Below, in pieces: positions 1 through 9,203 of a DNA stretch of 62,860 nucleotides. A program made the position numbers and the translations under genes. Below the pieces are notes generated by a model. It saw nothing but the letters and a program-made list of their open reading frames with translations. It ran no database searches and was not told where the DNA came from. Numbering within the stretch: the first letter of the stretch is position 1; each line of letters opens with the position of its first letter. Source of the DNA: Gaiellaceae bacterium (GTDB taxonomy: Bacteria > Actinomycetota > Thermoleophilia > Gaiellales > Gaiellaceae); assembly GCA_035639875.1 (NCBI GenBank), contig DASQXE010000125.1, positions 1 to 62,860 on the forward strand. The letters run 5' to 3'.

Positions 1-859
1 CCGCGAGCAGGACGGCCGTGGCTGCAAAGGCAACGTGCCCGACCCGCCGACCAGCCCGCCACGCCTGGACGGCGCGCAAGGGGAGGAAGATCGCCGCCAC
101 CCATTTGATCGCGATCGCGAGCGCCCATCCGGCTCCGGCCAGCTGCCGTCTGCCGGTCGCGGCAAGAGCGAGGGCGGCCATGACGAACGCCACCATCCAG
201 GCGTCGTTGTGGCCCCCACCGGCGAAGTGGATCGCGAGGAGCGGGTTCCAGCCCACGAACGCGGCCGCAAAAGGCCGCGGCGCAAGACGCCCGACGAGCC
301 ACAGGATGCCTAGCATGGCGAGGGCGGCCAGCGCCTTGTAGCTCCACGCGGCGGCCGGCCGGGATGCGCCCACCGCCGCGGCGTGACCCTCCGAGGCGAG
401 CGTGAAGGCCGGCCCGTAGACCGTAGTCGTGTCCCGCCATTGCCTGCCCATACGGCTGAAAGCAGGGTCGCCGCGATACCGATTGGGCTTGTCCACGTAC
501 GGATTCGCACCGTGAACTGCGCCCAGGCGGCCGTAGTCCCAGTACGTGTAGACATCGGTGGAGAGGAGCACCGGGCTCGTGAGGGGAGCGACCTGAATGG
601 CCGCCGCCAATGCCAGGACCGGACCCGCACGCAGCTCGTCTGCTGCACGAATGAGGCCGAGTGCGCCCAGATACGTGACGAAGGCGCCCACGATCAGGCT
701 GAGATAGACCCAAGACCAGCTGTGCGTGCCGGCCGAGTGGTCAGGCGTGAGAAGGGACGAAGCCGGCCAGGCCAGTGAAGCAGCCGCAGCGACTAGAGCG
801 AGGCAGATGCCTCCGGCCGCCCAGACAAGCAGCCGCCTACGGCGTCGTGGTGGTCGCAG
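1..859 (-). CDS. GT-C type polyprenol-phosphate-mannose-dependent glycosyltransferase-like membrane protein (DUF2029/GT87, MptB-like); 3' end runs off the window
   Basis: Own minus-strand translation; it is absent from the ORF track because there is no stop in the window. Motifs: LLSTDVYTYWDYGRLGAVHGANPY, TTVYGPAF, NPLLAIHFAGGGHNDAWM, plus several TM helices. The first ATG/GTG/TTG is the GTG at 691, in the middle of a predicted TM helix. In-frame CTG at 859 or 832 would add a basic tail (RPPRRRRR) and TM1. The minimal call is 1..691. Confidence 0.6.
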   Translation of the reverse strand, partial: MRPPRRRRRLLVWAAGGICLALVAAAASLAWPASSLLTPDHSAGTHSWSWVYLSLIVGAFVTYLGALGLIRAADELRAGPVLALAAAIQVAPLTSPVLLSTDVYTYWDYGRLGAVHGANPYVDKPNRYRGDPAFSRMGRQWRDTTTVYGPAFTLASEGHAAAVGASRPAAAWSYKALAALAMLGILWLVGRLAPRPFAAAFVGWNPLLAIHFAGGGHNDAWMVAFVMAALALAATGRRQLAGAGWALAIAIKWVAAIFLPLRAVQAWRAGRRVGHVAFAATAVLLA

Positions 860-2981
860 GCGGCGGAGCCGTCGTCGTGGGCGGAGGCGGGCCGTTCCCG
901 TTGCCGTTCCCGTTCCCGTTTTTCTTCTGCGTCTCGGTGCTCGTCTGTCCGCCCGACGACGTAGCTCTCGGGGCCGGCGCGCCGAAGTACTCGTACTGGC
1001 CGTGGAAGGGCTGCCAGACCACCGGCTGGGTCGGGGGCGGCCAGTCGCGCGGCGGATTGTGGGAGTAGGCGGGCACCATGAAGAGGCGCCAGATCGTGGC
1101 CGGGAACGTGCCGCCCGCTACCCGGATCCCGTGGACGTTCGTCATCGGGATTTTCGCGTTCGGGTAACCGACCCACACGACGGTCGAGGCGTTGGTCGTG
1201 ATTCCTGCGAACCAGGCGTCGCCCCAGTCCTCGGTCGTTCCCGTCTTGCCGCCCGCCACGAATCCCGGGTTTGCCCCCACGCCCGTGCCCGCCTGAATGT
1301 TCATCTTGAGGATCTTCGCCACCTCGTAAGCGACGCCGTCAGAGAACACCCGCCTGCGCACCGGATGCCCCCATCCCGCACCTGCGTCCACCTTTCCGTT
1401 CGGAAGCACGACCTTGCGGATCGCCATCGGGTCCGAGTGGACACCACCGGCCGCGATCGTCGCATAGGCCGACGCCATCTCGAGCACGCCGACGGAGTTC
1501 GACCCGAGGCCGACCGACGCAACCGGCTGCAGCTTCGTCGTGATGCCCATCTTGTGGGCGAGCGCGACGATCTTCTCCGGGCCGAGATCGAGGGTCAGCC
1601 GGGCAAAGACGGTGTTGTCCGAGCGAAGCGTCGCGCGGGTGATGGTCGTCGCGCCCAGGTACGTGTTGTCGTAGGTCTTGACGTCCCACGCTTCGCTGTA
1701 CGGATCCGGCTGCCAGTGGAGCGGCGCGGACATGTACATCGTCGTGTCCGGGTTGATCCCCTCGCGGATCGCCTCGGTGAGCACGAACGTCTTGAACGCC
1801 GAGCCGGCCTGCCGGCGGCCCTGCGCGGCGAGGTTGAACTGCGTGTGCTTCTTCCCCGGTATGACGGCGGTCATCGCCCGGATCGCTCCGTTCTTCGGAT
1901 TGATGGAGACGATCGCGGACGCGGGGTCGGTTGACTGGTTGAGGGTCTGCTTGATCGCCTGCTCGCCAAGCTTCTGGAAGCGCGGCACGATGGTCGTGTA
2001 GACCTTGAGCCCGCCGCCTCGCACCGTGTTCGCTCCGTACTTGGCGATCAACTCCTCGCGCACGTAGCTGAAGAAGAACGGCTCGCGGATCTTCGTATAG
2101 ATGTGGCCGGGCTTGAGCCCGAGCGGCGACGCGAGCGCCTCCTGGTACTGCGCCTGGTCGATGTACTGCGCGGAGAGCATGGCCGCGAGCACCTCGCTCC
2201 GGCGCCGCACCGCCTCGGCCGGTCGCTCGAACGGGTCGTAGAGGCTGGGTGCCTGTGGCATCCCGGCGATCAGCGCAGCCTCGGTCAAGTCGAGATTCCT
2301 GGCGTGCTTAGAGAAGTACGTCTGCGCTGCCGCCTCGACGCCGTAGGCGTGGTTGCCGAAGTAGACCTGGTTCAGGTACGTGGCGAGGATCCAGTCCTTG
2401 CCGTGGGCGGCCTCCAGCTTGCGCGCCAGGCAGGCCTCCTTGATCTTCCGTTCGAGCGAGCGTTCGTTTCCGATGTAGAGGTTCCGCACAAGCTGCTGCG
2501 TGATCGTCGAGCCGCCCTGGACGACATGGCCGCTCTCGAGGTTCTTGATCGCCGCGCGGACGATGCCCTCGTAGTCGAGACCTCCGTGCTCGTAGAAGCG
2601 CCGGTCCTCGACGGCAACGGTCGCCTGCGTCACCCAGGGCGACATGGCGCTGAGCGGCACCGGCTGGCGGTTTCGCTCGGCCGGAATTGCGCCCAGGATG
2701 CTGCCGTCAGCGGCATACACAAACGAGTTCTGACCGATCGAGACCGGCTTCAAGAGCGCCAGGCTGCAATTGTTGAGGACGCCGTTCGCGCTCGTGAAAG
2801 CAGCGGCGACGACCGCGGCGATCCCGCCGAGGATGACGGCGAGTGCGAGAAAGATCGAGAAGCGCCGGGCGACGATCCGGTCGCGGCGGCGACGCTGCCG
2901 GCGGCGGCGGCGATGGTTCGGGTAGAGCCCGTTGCCGTTTCGCCCACGCACGCCGTTCTTCCGGTTCCCGTTGCGAGGCAT
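837..2981 (-). CDS. Class A penicillin-binding protein (bifunctional transglycosylase/transpeptidase, PBP1A-like)
   Basis: 714-aa ORF with an N-terminal basic tail and a TM segment. GT51 motifs: EDRRFYEHGG, GGSTITQQLVRN, RKIKE. Transpeptidase motifs: SAFK, SDN, KTGTT. The C-terminus is low-complexity and rich in NG/P/T. Confidence 0.93.
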   Translation of the reverse strand: MPRNGNRKNGVRGRNGNGLYPNHRRRRRQRRRRDRIVARRFSIFLALAVILGGIAAVVAAAFTSANGVLNNCSLALLKPVSIGQNSFVYAADGSILGAIPAERNRQPVPLSAMSPWVTQATVAVEDRRFYEHGGLDYEGIVRAAIKNLESGHVVQGGSTITQQLVRNLYIGNERSLERKIKEACLARKLEAAHGKDWILATYLNQVYFGNHAYGVEAAAQTYFSKHARNLDLTEAALIAGMPQAPSLYDPFERPAEAVRRRSEVLAAMLSAQYIDQAQYQEALASPLGLKPGHIYTKIREPFFFSYVREELIAKYGANTVRGGGLKVYTTIVPRFQKLGEQAIKQTLNQSTDPASAIVSINPKNGAIRAMTAVIPGKKHTQFNLAAQGRRQAGSAFKTFVLTEAIREGINPDTTMYMSAPLHWQPDPYSEAWDVKTYDNTYLGATTITRATLRSDNTVFARLTLDLGPEKIVALAHKMGITTKLQPVASVGLGSNSVGVLEMASAYATIAAGGVHSDPMAIRKVVLPNGKVDAGAGWGHPVRRRVFSDGVAYEVAKILKMNIQAGTGVGANPGFVAGGKTGTTEDWGDAWFAGITTNASTVVWVGYPNAKIPMTNVHGIRVAGGTFPATIWRLFMVPAYSHNPPRDWPPPTQPVVWQPFHGQYEYFGAPAPRATSSGGQTSTETQKKNGNGNGNGNGPPPPTTTAPPPATTTTP

Positions 2982-3047
2982 CAGTCGAACCTTGGCAGGA
3001 ACACGGGCTGATTCATGCGGACGGCGTTTTCGGGCTCCGGCATCGGC

Positions 3048-3569
3048 TCAGGCGCCTGCGGTTCTTCCAGAAGCAGCTCGCCGACCTGTGAAGGTCGCGT
3101 TGCGGATGGTATCGGAGGCCAATTTCGTGTTCGGGACAAAGAAGCGCGCGTCGTCGGAAGCGCGGATCGTCGTGTACGTGAGACCGATCTCCTCTACCAC
3201 GCCCGCGGCAGCACCAACTTCGACCTCGTCGCCGAGGCGAACCGGTTGGGTGAACGCGATCAAGAGACCGGCGACGAAATTGGACAGGGTGGTCTGCGCA
3301 GCAAAACCGATGATGAGGGCAACGACGGCCGACGAGGCGAGAATCGTCCCCGCGACGGCCCGGACCGGCGGAATGACGAGGAGGGCGGACAGGAGCCCGA
3401 CCGCCAGGATGGTTGCCACCGCGCTCCGCCGCACGACGCGATAACGAGTAAGGGTCTCGGGACGCAGGTCGAGACGTCGCGCGAGCATGCCGTCGAACAC
3501 CCGGGCAATGACGAGCGTGACCACGACCATGGCGCCGGCAATCGCCGCACGCTGCCAGATCTCATCCAT
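3048..3569 (-). CDS. Small mechanosensitive ion channel (MscS family)
   Basis: 173 aa with TM helices followed by an MscS-like beta domain (LSNFVAGLLIAFTQPVRLGDEVEV...GVVEEIGLTYTTIR). Confidence 0.8.
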   Translation of the reverse strand: MDEIWQRAAIAGAMVVVTLVIARVFDGMLARRLDLRPETLTRYRVVRRSAVATILAVGLLSALLVIPPVRAVAGTILASSAVVALIIGFAAQTTLSNFVAGLLIAFTQPVRLGDEVEVGAAAGVVEEIGLTYTTIRASDDARFFVPNTKLASDTIRNATFTGRRAASGRTAGA

Positions 3570-3582
3570 GGCTGTCTTTTCT

Positions 3583-3987
3583 CTAGAACGGGAGCGGCTT
3601 CCTGCCCGGAAAGCCCTCTTCGACGCCGTGCCAGTACTCCACGCCGGGCTCGCCCAGCTCCCAACAGAGGAGAACGGTCTCGTCGCTTTCCGGATGCCTG
3701 GCGGGAAAGTCGATCAGGCCGCGGTCGAGGTCTTTCACCTGGACGCCCAGGGACTCGAGCTCGCCAACGGCGGCGGCGATCTCCCCGGCAGCGTCCGCAA
3801 CCTCCTCTTGCAGCTCTCGCACCCGTTCCGGATCGAGCCCGCCGCCGTTGCCGGCCACCCGGGCCTGGACGCGCTCGAGGCGCGCGCCCGTGTGGACGAA
3901 CCTGCGGCGCGCCCGCACGAGGGTCTCGACCAGCGGGCGGACGACCGTCAGCGCCGCGTTGGCCTGGTCCTCGGTGAAGAACTGCAT
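3583..3987 (-). CDS. DUF2203 family protein
   Basis: C-terminal 134 aa of ORF 3583..4950, starting at the ATG at 3987 (MQFFTEDQANAAL...). It contains GVQVKDLDRGLIDFP and LLCWELGEPGVEYWH. The upstream part of the long ORF is Arg/Gly-rich and overlaps the plus-strand gene at 4012. Confidence 0.7.
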   Translation of the reverse strand: MQFFTEDQANAALTVVRPLVETLVRARRRFVHTGARLERVQARVAGNGGGLDPERVRELQEEVADAAGEIAAAVGELESLGVQVKDLDRGLIDFPARHPESDETVLLCWELGEPGVEYWHGVEEGFPGRKPLPF

Positions 3988-4011
3988 CCGCGAATGGAAT
4001 AGTGCCGACGC

Positions 4012-4914
4012 GTGAGTCGCCTGGCTTCGATCATTGCCGTTCTGGTTGCCGCAATCCTCTGCGCGGGGTGCGGGCAGCGAACGGAGCCCACCGGGCCGCT
4101 CGCGCAGCCGTACCCCGTCTCCGTGCGGGGGGCAGGCGACCGGCCGACGACCCTCAAGACGCAGCCGAAACGCGTCGTCGCCCTCGATCCGGGCGCTGCT
4201 GAGCTCCTGGTCGCCCTCGGCATTGCCGACCGCCTCGTCGGAGTCCCCGAAGGCGTGGAAGGAGCAGGGAAGGCGACGGAGGTGGCGCGCTCCACCGGCC
4301 AGTTGGACGTCGATGCGATCGTCAAGCTCGACCCCGACCTGATCGTTGCAACCCCGAACACCGACGAGCTCGATCTCGCGCGCGCGGCCAGAAAGAGCGG
4401 AGCGGCGGTCTACGTCGAGCCAGCGAACTCGATCCTCAACGTCGAGCAAGCAACGATCGACCTCGGTTTCCTCGTGGGGGAAGCGCCGCGCGCGCGCCAG
4501 CTCGTCGCCAGAATCGAGCAGCGCGTGGCCGCCGTCGAGGGCCGTCTCGCCGACGTGGACCCCGTCACCGTCTTCGTCGATACGGGTTTCTTCATCACGG
4601 TTCCCGAGCGCTCTCTGCTCGGGGACCTCGTCTTCAAGGCGAAGGGCAAGAGTGTCGCCGGTCCGAGTCCAGGGCCCGGCCCCTTCCCCCTCGCTGACCT
4701 CTCGCGGCTGGATCCCGAGGTCTACCTGGCCACCTCGGACAGCGGCGTGACGCTGGCCGTGCTCAAGGGCAATCCCGCCACGCGCCGGCTCACGGCGGTG
4801 AAGAAGAGGCACGTGAGAATCGTCCCGGAACCGCTCGTCGACCGCCCCGGCCCGCGCATCGCCGAAGGCCTCGAGGCGGTCGCGCGGGCCCTCCATCCCG
4901 ATGCCTTCCGTTAG
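4012..4914 (+). CDS. ABC-transporter periplasmic substrate-binding lipoprotein (Fe-siderophore/cobalamin type, PF01497-like); no adjacent permease or ATPase
   Basis: GTG start and a lipobox signal (LVAAILCAGCGQ). Motifs: RVVALDPGAAELLVALGIADRLVGV and DVDAIVKLDPDLIV. Confidence 0.8.
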   Translation: MSRLASIIAVLVAAILCAGCGQRTEPTGPLAQPYPVSVRGAGDRPTTLKTQPKRVVALDPGAAELLVALGIADRLVGVPEGVEGAGKATEVARSTGQLDVDAIVKLDPDLIVATPNTDELDLARAARKSGAAVYVEPANSILNVEQATIDLGFLVGEAPRARQLVARIEQRVAAVEGRLADVDPVTVFVDTGFFITVPERSLLGDLVFKAKGKSVAGPSPGPGPFPLADLSRLDPEVYLATSDSGVTLAVLKGNPATRRLTAVKKRHVRIVPEPLVDRPGPRIAEGLEAVARALHPDAFR

Positions 4915-5542
4915 AGACATCGATGCCGTGACCGTCGACGCGATGGGCACGCTGGTCGCGCTCGACGAACCGGTCGAGCGGCTGGGTGCAGCGCTGAGCG
5001 CCCGCGGCGTCGAGCGGGGTGCCGAGCAAGTCGCAGCCGCTTTCCATTCGGAGGTCGAGTACTACCTCGCCCACAAGCTCGCCGCACGGGACGCGGAGAG
5101 CCTCGCCGTGCTACGACGCGAGTGCGCGCGTGTGTTCCTCGAGAATGCGAAGGCCACCCTCGAGCCGGCAGAGTTTGCTCCCGCCTTCGTCGAGGCGATG
5201 GTTTTCCGTCCCCTGGACGGAGCGGTCGACGCGTTAGGGCGGCTGCGCGCCGCAGGCCTCGCTCTGGCCTGCGTGTCGGACTGGGACATCGGCTTGCGCG
5301 AACAGCTGGAGAAGATCGGTCTGGACGACCTGTTCGATCTCGTGCTCACCTCGGCGGAAGCTGGAGCGCCGAAACCGGAGGCTGCCATCTTCATGGAGGC
5401 CGTCAGCCGGCTGGGAGTGGAGCCGGCCCGAGCGGTCCACGTCGGCGACGGGGACGCCGACCGTGAAGGCGCCAACGCAGCGGGACTTGGCTTCGAGCCG
5501 GTCCCGCTGGCGACCGTTCCCGACCGGTTGGGGCTCCGATGA
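4901..5542 (+). CDS. HAD-superfamily hydrolase
   Basis: 213 aa. Motif I variant VDAMGTL, motif II-like CVSDW, and C-terminal HVGDGDADREGA. Overlaps the upstream gene by 14 nt. Confidence 0.75.
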   Translation: MPSVRDIDAVTVDAMGTLVALDEPVERLGAALSARGVERGAEQVAAAFHSEVEYYLAHKLAARDAESLAVLRRECARVFLENAKATLEPAEFAPAFVEAMVFRPLDGAVDALGRLRAAGLALACVSDWDIGLREQLEKIGLDDLFDLVLTSAEAGAPKPEAAIFMEAVSRLGVEPARAVHVGDGDADREGANAAGLGFEPVPLATVPDRLGLR

Positions 5543-6696
5543 GGAAACGCGGACTTTCGACGCGGGCCGTCCACGGCCGCTCTGCCCCGGACGCGCCCGG
5601 CCATCCGCTCGTCCATCCGATCGTGAACGCGACCACCTTCTCGTTCGAGAGCGCGGCGGAGTTCGGCCGCGTCATGACCGAGGAAGAGTACGGCTTCCTC
5701 TATTCGCGGTTGCGCAACCCGACTGTCGAGGAGTTGAACCGCGTCCTCGCTGAGCTCGAAGAGGCCGAGGCGGCGCAGGCGTTCGCGTCCGGGATGGCGG
5801 CGATCGCAGCGGCGCTTCTGACGAATCTCTCTCCAGGCGACACGGTTCTCTGTGCCAAGCAGCTGTACGGGAACACGTACTCCCTCCTCGAAACAAGGCT
5901 GAAGCCCCTCGGGATCGAGGTCGTCTACGAGGACGTCACGGACGTCGCAGCCTGGAAGCGGCCGGCGCATGTCCGCTACGTCGAGACGATGGCGAATCCC
6001 GGCGTACCCGTAGCCGATCTCACCGCGCTTGCCGAGACGAAGGGCGATGGTGTTCTCATCGTGGACAACACCTTTGCTTCTCCGGCCCTCTGCCGGCCGC
6101 TCGAGCACGGAGCGGACATCGTCTGCGAGTCGGCCACGAAGTACCTGAACGGACACCACGACGTCACCGCCGGCGTCGTCGCCGGAAACGCGGAGGCGGT
6201 CGAGCGGATGCGCGAGCATCTGATCGATACGGGAGCGACCCTCGATCCTTTCCCCGCTTTTCTCCTCCGCAGAGGCCTGAAGACGCTGACCCTCCGGGTC
6301 GAACGCGCCGGGGAGAACGCGCTTGCGCTGGCGCGATTTCTGGAAGGTCATGCGAGCGTCGCGCGCGTCTTCTACGCCGGGCTCGAGACCTATCCGCAGC
6401 ACGAGGTCGCGGCACGGCAGCTCGACGGCTTCGGCGGCATGCTCGCATTCGAAGTGCAAGGAGGGCGCCCCGCCGGAGAAGCCGTCATGGACCGTCTCGA
6501 GCTCTGCTATCGGGCCACGAGCCTCGGCGGTGTCGACACCGTCGTCTCGCATCCGGCATCGACGAGCCACCGCCAGTACAGCGAGGAGCAGCTGGCCACG
6601 GCCGGCATCTCGTCTGGGCTGCTACGGGTCTCCGTAGGCTGTGAAGATGCAGACGACATCCTCGGAGACTTCGGCCAGGCTCTCGACCGGCTCTAA
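5539..6696 (+). CDS. Cys/Met-metabolism PLP-dependent enzyme (cystathionine gamma-synthase / methionine gamma-lyase / sulfhydrylase family)
   Basis: 385 aa with the PLP-lysine motif SATKYLNGHHD and YSRLRNPT. ATGA overlap with the upstream stop. Confidence 0.88.
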   Translation: MRKRGLSTRAVHGRSAPDAPGHPLVHPIVNATTFSFESAAEFGRVMTEEEYGFLYSRLRNPTVEELNRVLAELEEAEAAQAFASGMAAIAAALLTNLSPGDTVLCAKQLYGNTYSLLETRLKPLGIEVVYEDVTDVAAWKRPAHVRYVETMANPGVPVADLTALAETKGDGVLIVDNTFASPALCRPLEHGADIVCESATKYLNGHHDVTAGVVAGNAEAVERMREHLIDTGATLDPFPAFLLRRGLKTLTLRVERAGENALALARFLEGHASVARVFYAGLETYPQHEVAARQLDGFGGMLAFEVQGGRPAGEAVMDRLELCYRATSLGGVDTVVSHPASTSHRQYSEEQLATAGISSGLLRVSVGCEDADDILGDFGQALDRL

Positions 6697-7342
6697 CCGG
6701 AACGCGCTCGTCGCCTGGCTCTGCGTCGCCGCTGCGTTCGTCGCGCTCGGCTTCATCGGGGCGTCGTCCGGGCAGACGGACCCGAACGTTCTCTACGAGT
6801 ACAGCTTCGCGGCCGGCTCGACGGTCATCTATGCCGTCTTGGTCACGATCACCCTCGTCATTGCGAATCTGATCGGCTCACCGACTGGCACCACGGGCCT
6901 GAACCGGTTCTCCTGGCGGTGGGTATGGATCGCCCTCGGCCTCATCGTCCTCGTCCTTGTGTTCGGCGCCGCGCTCGAGCCCGTTCTCCACGCGGGCAAG
7001 GAGCAAGGCCTCGAGCCGGACGTGTGGCGTCCCGATCGGGCAGGCGCGTTCGCGCTCAACGCCCTGGTCGCCGCGACGGTCGTCCCGTTTGCCGAGGAAC
7101 TCTTCTTCCGCGGCCTCGGTGTGCGAGCGCTCCTGCCCTTCGGCGGCAGCGCGGCCGTATGGATCACCGCGATCGCCTTCGGCCTAGGGCACGGGCTCCT
7201 TGTGGCGCTGCCCGTGCTCATTCCATTCGGCCTCGTGCTCGGCTGGGTCAGGCTACGCTCGGGCAGCATGTGGCCCGGAATGCTGGCGCACGGCTTCTAC
7301 AACGGATCCGCTCTTCTCTACGTCTACTTCCATCTGACCTAA
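6641..7342 (+). CDS. CPBP (CAAX) family intramembrane metalloprotease
   Basis: Multi-TM protein with motifs FAEELFFRG and HGFYN. The start is uncertain (GTG 6641 or ATG 6647); both overlap the upstream gene by 50-56 nt. Confidence 0.75.
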   Translation: MKMQTTSSETSARLSTGSNRNALVAWLCVAAAFVALGFIGASSGQTDPNVLYEYSFAAGSTVIYAVLVTITLVIANLIGSPTGTTGLNRFSWRWVWIALGLIVLVLVFGAALEPVLHAGKEQGLEPDVWRPDRAGAFALNALVAATVVPFAEELFFRGLGVRALLPFGGSAAVWITAIAFGLGHGLLVALPVLIPFGLVLGWVRLRSGSMWPGMLAHGFYNGSALLYVYFHLT

Positions 7343-7384
7343 TCCGCCCTAGTCGTCGACCGGTCCGTCTGGCAGATTTCTGGC

Positions 7385-8515
7385 GTGCGCCGGGCCCTCC
7401 TCGTGCTCGCCTTCCTTCTCGCGAGCCCGAGCACCGCGGCGGCCGCAACTGGCATCACCCTCAACGTGAGTCCGGCGCACCCCGTGTACGGCTCGACGGC
7501 CACGTTCAGCGGTGCCGTGACCCCGGCGGGAGCCGGTCAGCACGTCGATCTCTGGGCGGAGACGGGAGGGGGCCAGTCGCTCGTCACGAGCACGACGACA
7601 GCCGCCGACGGGACTTACTCGATCCCGCTGGTGATGAACGCGGGAGCCACCTTCAGGGTGAAGACGCCCGGCGCAATGTCGCCCGACGTCGTCGTCAATC
7701 TGCGGCCGCAGCTGACTGCGTCCATCACCGGACTTCGGTACGTAGGTAGCGACGTCAAGCTGAGGGGGCGCCTCGTCCCAGCTGCGTCGGGCACGCTCAC
7801 GCTTCACGTCGGCAAGCGCACGCCGACCGTGCGGATGGGAGCACGGGGTCGCTTTCGCGCCGTTCTCCCCACGGGTCACGCCGGCCTTTTCACCGCCACG
7901 CTCGACTTCGCGCCCGGGCCGGGTTTCACCGCACGGAAGGTCACGCGCCACTACCGGATTCGCGCCCCATACCTGAGCCTCGGGTCGCGTGGAGACGCAG
8001 TCCTTGCCCTCGAACGCCTGCTGGCCGCACGCCATTACGCCCTCCGAGGGACGAACCGCTACTACGCCTTCGACACGTACGAGGCGGTGCTTGCGTTCCA
8101 GAAGGTGCATCGACTCAACCGCACGGGCCGCGTGACCTCCTGGCTCTGGCCGAAGATCGCGGCTTCGGGCGTCCCGCACGCGCGGGTCGATGTCGGCAGC
8201 CACATCGAGGTCGACAAGACACGCCAGGTTCTCTTCGAAGTCCGTGACGGCCGCGTCAAAAGAGTGGTGCACGTCTCCACGGGAGCGACGGGAAATACCC
8301 CGGTCGGCCGCTGGCACGTCTACTCGAAGACACCCGGCCTGAACTCCCACGGGATGTACTACTCCAACTACTTCCTGCGCGGCTTCGCCATTCACGGGTA
8401 CGCGACCGTGCCGCCCTATCCCGCCAGCCACGGCTGCGTGCGAACGCCTATGTGGTTCGCCCCCGGCTTCTACGCGCGCTGGGGCCTGGGCACGACGGTG
8501 TACGTCTTCCCCTGA
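7385..8515 (+). CDS. L,D-transpeptidase (YkuD domain) with peptidoglycan-binding domain
   Basis: Signal peptide, PG-binding-like segment (GDAVLALERLLAARHY), and catalytic motif HGYATVPPYPASHGCVRTP. Confidence 0.88.
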   Translation: MRRALLVLAFLLASPSTAAAATGITLNVSPAHPVYGSTATFSGAVTPAGAGQHVDLWAETGGGQSLVTSTTTAADGTYSIPLVMNAGATFRVKTPGAMSPDVVVNLRPQLTASITGLRYVGSDVKLRGRLVPAASGTLTLHVGKRTPTVRMGARGRFRAVLPTGHAGLFTATLDFAPGPGFTARKVTRHYRIRAPYLSLGSRGDAVLALERLLAARHYALRGTNRYYAFDTYEAVLAFQKVHRLNRTGRVTSWLWPKIAASGVPHARVDVGSHIEVDKTRQVLFEVRDGRVKRVVHVSTGATGNTPVGRWHVYSKTPGLNSHGMYYSNYFLRGFAIHGYATVPPYPASHGCVRTPMWFAPGFYARWGLGTTVYVFP

Positions 8516-8925
8516 GCTGGGAGGCCTTCGAGCACGAGGCCGACGTGGGCCTCCTCGTCCGCGGAAGAGACGGGCCCGAGCTCTTCTCGGCCGCCGGCCG
8601 CGCGCTGTTCGAGCTCGTTTGCGACGTGGGTGCTGTAGAGGAGCGCGACCGCTATGCGCTCCAAGGCGACGCGGACGGCGTGGAGACGCTGCTCGTGGAT
8701 TGGCTCAATGACCTCATTTTTCTCTTCGAGGGCGAAGCGGTGGTCTGTCGCCGCTTTGCCTTTCTGCACTGGTCGGAGACTGCGTACCGCGCCGAGGCGT
8801 TCGGCGAGTTCGTGGATCCCGCGCGGCACGCACCGCGCGATCTCGTCAAGGCAGCCACGTATCACGGCCTGTCCGTCAGGCAGGATGCGGACGGCTGGGA
8901 GGCGCGGGTTATTCTGGACGTCTGA
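8512..8925 (+). CDS. Archease
   Basis: N-terminal motif WEAFEHEADVGLLVRG and C-terminal VKAATYHGLSVRQ...WEARVILDV. The ORF track starts at ATG 8452, a 64-nt overlap with ldt. A CTG at 8512 within cCCCTGAgc gives the family-typical N-terminus. Start uncertain. Confidence 0.75.
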   Translation: MSWEAFEHEADVGLLVRGRDGPELFSAAGRALFELVCDVGAVEERDRYALQGDADGVETLLVDWLNDLIFLFEGEAVVCRRFAFLHWSETAYRAEAFGEFVDPARHAPRDLVKAATYHGLSVRQDADGWEARVILDV

Positions 8926-9203
8926 TGGGCTCGAGCGACACGGACAGGGACCCGGTCGTCCGCGAGCTTCGGGACCGCATCGCCGCCAACGACCTCGCTC
9001 TTCTGCAAGCGCTCAACCGGCGCATGGAACTCGTGCGGCAGCTGAAGGAGCACAAGGACTCGCAAGGATTCCCGTTCGTCGACGCGGCGCAGGAGAAGCG
9101 GCTTCTCGACCAGCTGGAGGCCGCCAACACGGGACCGCTATCAGGCGCCGCCGTCCGCGAGCTCTACGAGTTGCTGCTCGACCTCACCAAACGCGAGGCC
9201 TAG
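8925..9203 (+). CDS. Chorismate mutase (AroQ class)
   Basis: 92 aa with LRDRIAANDLALLQALNRRMELVRQLKEHK. TGATG junction with the archease stop. Confidence 0.8.
   Translation: MGSSDTDRDPVVRELRDRIAANDLALLQALNRRMELVRQLKEHKDSQGFPFVDAAQEKRLLDQLEAANTGPLSGAAVRELYELLLDLTKREA

Noticed and set aside
892-920. Hexanucleotide tandem repeat (CCGTTN)x5 encoding (NG)5 in the PBP C-terminal tail.
   Set aside because: It is short, in frame, and sits within a generally low-complexity P/T/N/G tail. Nothing indicates phase variation or a separate element.
726-1934. Long antisense or out-of-frame ORFs throughout the window. Examples: 726..1934+, 5062..6570-, 7349..8431-, 11175..12398+, 18164..19423-, 20627..22129-, 22383..23912+, 23476..24750-, 28053..29435+, 31761..33059-, 34891..36153-, 38358..39347-, 40679..41950-, 42649..44055+, 45524..46612+, 46890..48041-, 49423..50754-, 52711..54036+, 55713..56588-, 57616..58476+.
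   Set aside because: They are Arg/Pro/Gly/Ala-rich low-complexity translations lying opposite or out of frame to genes with clear family motifs. These are typical shadow ORFs of very GC-rich DNA.
3988-4011. Leaderless-type -10 boxes in the 24-nt DUF2203/SBP divergent spacer.
   Set aside because: Only a weak AATAGT precedes the plus-strand GTG, and there is no TANNNT on the minus side. This is not convincing enough to report with the other pairs.
3988-4950. Long N-terminal extensions of track ORFs: 3583..4950, 9200..9970, 15110..15475, 30922..31821, 42769..44268, 44183..44869, 44840..47647, 49115..49945, 53783..54982, 54146..54886 and 54202..55245.
   Set aside because: The extensions are compositionally junk-like and overlap well-supported genes on the other strand or frame. 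Internal starts give family-typical N-termini.
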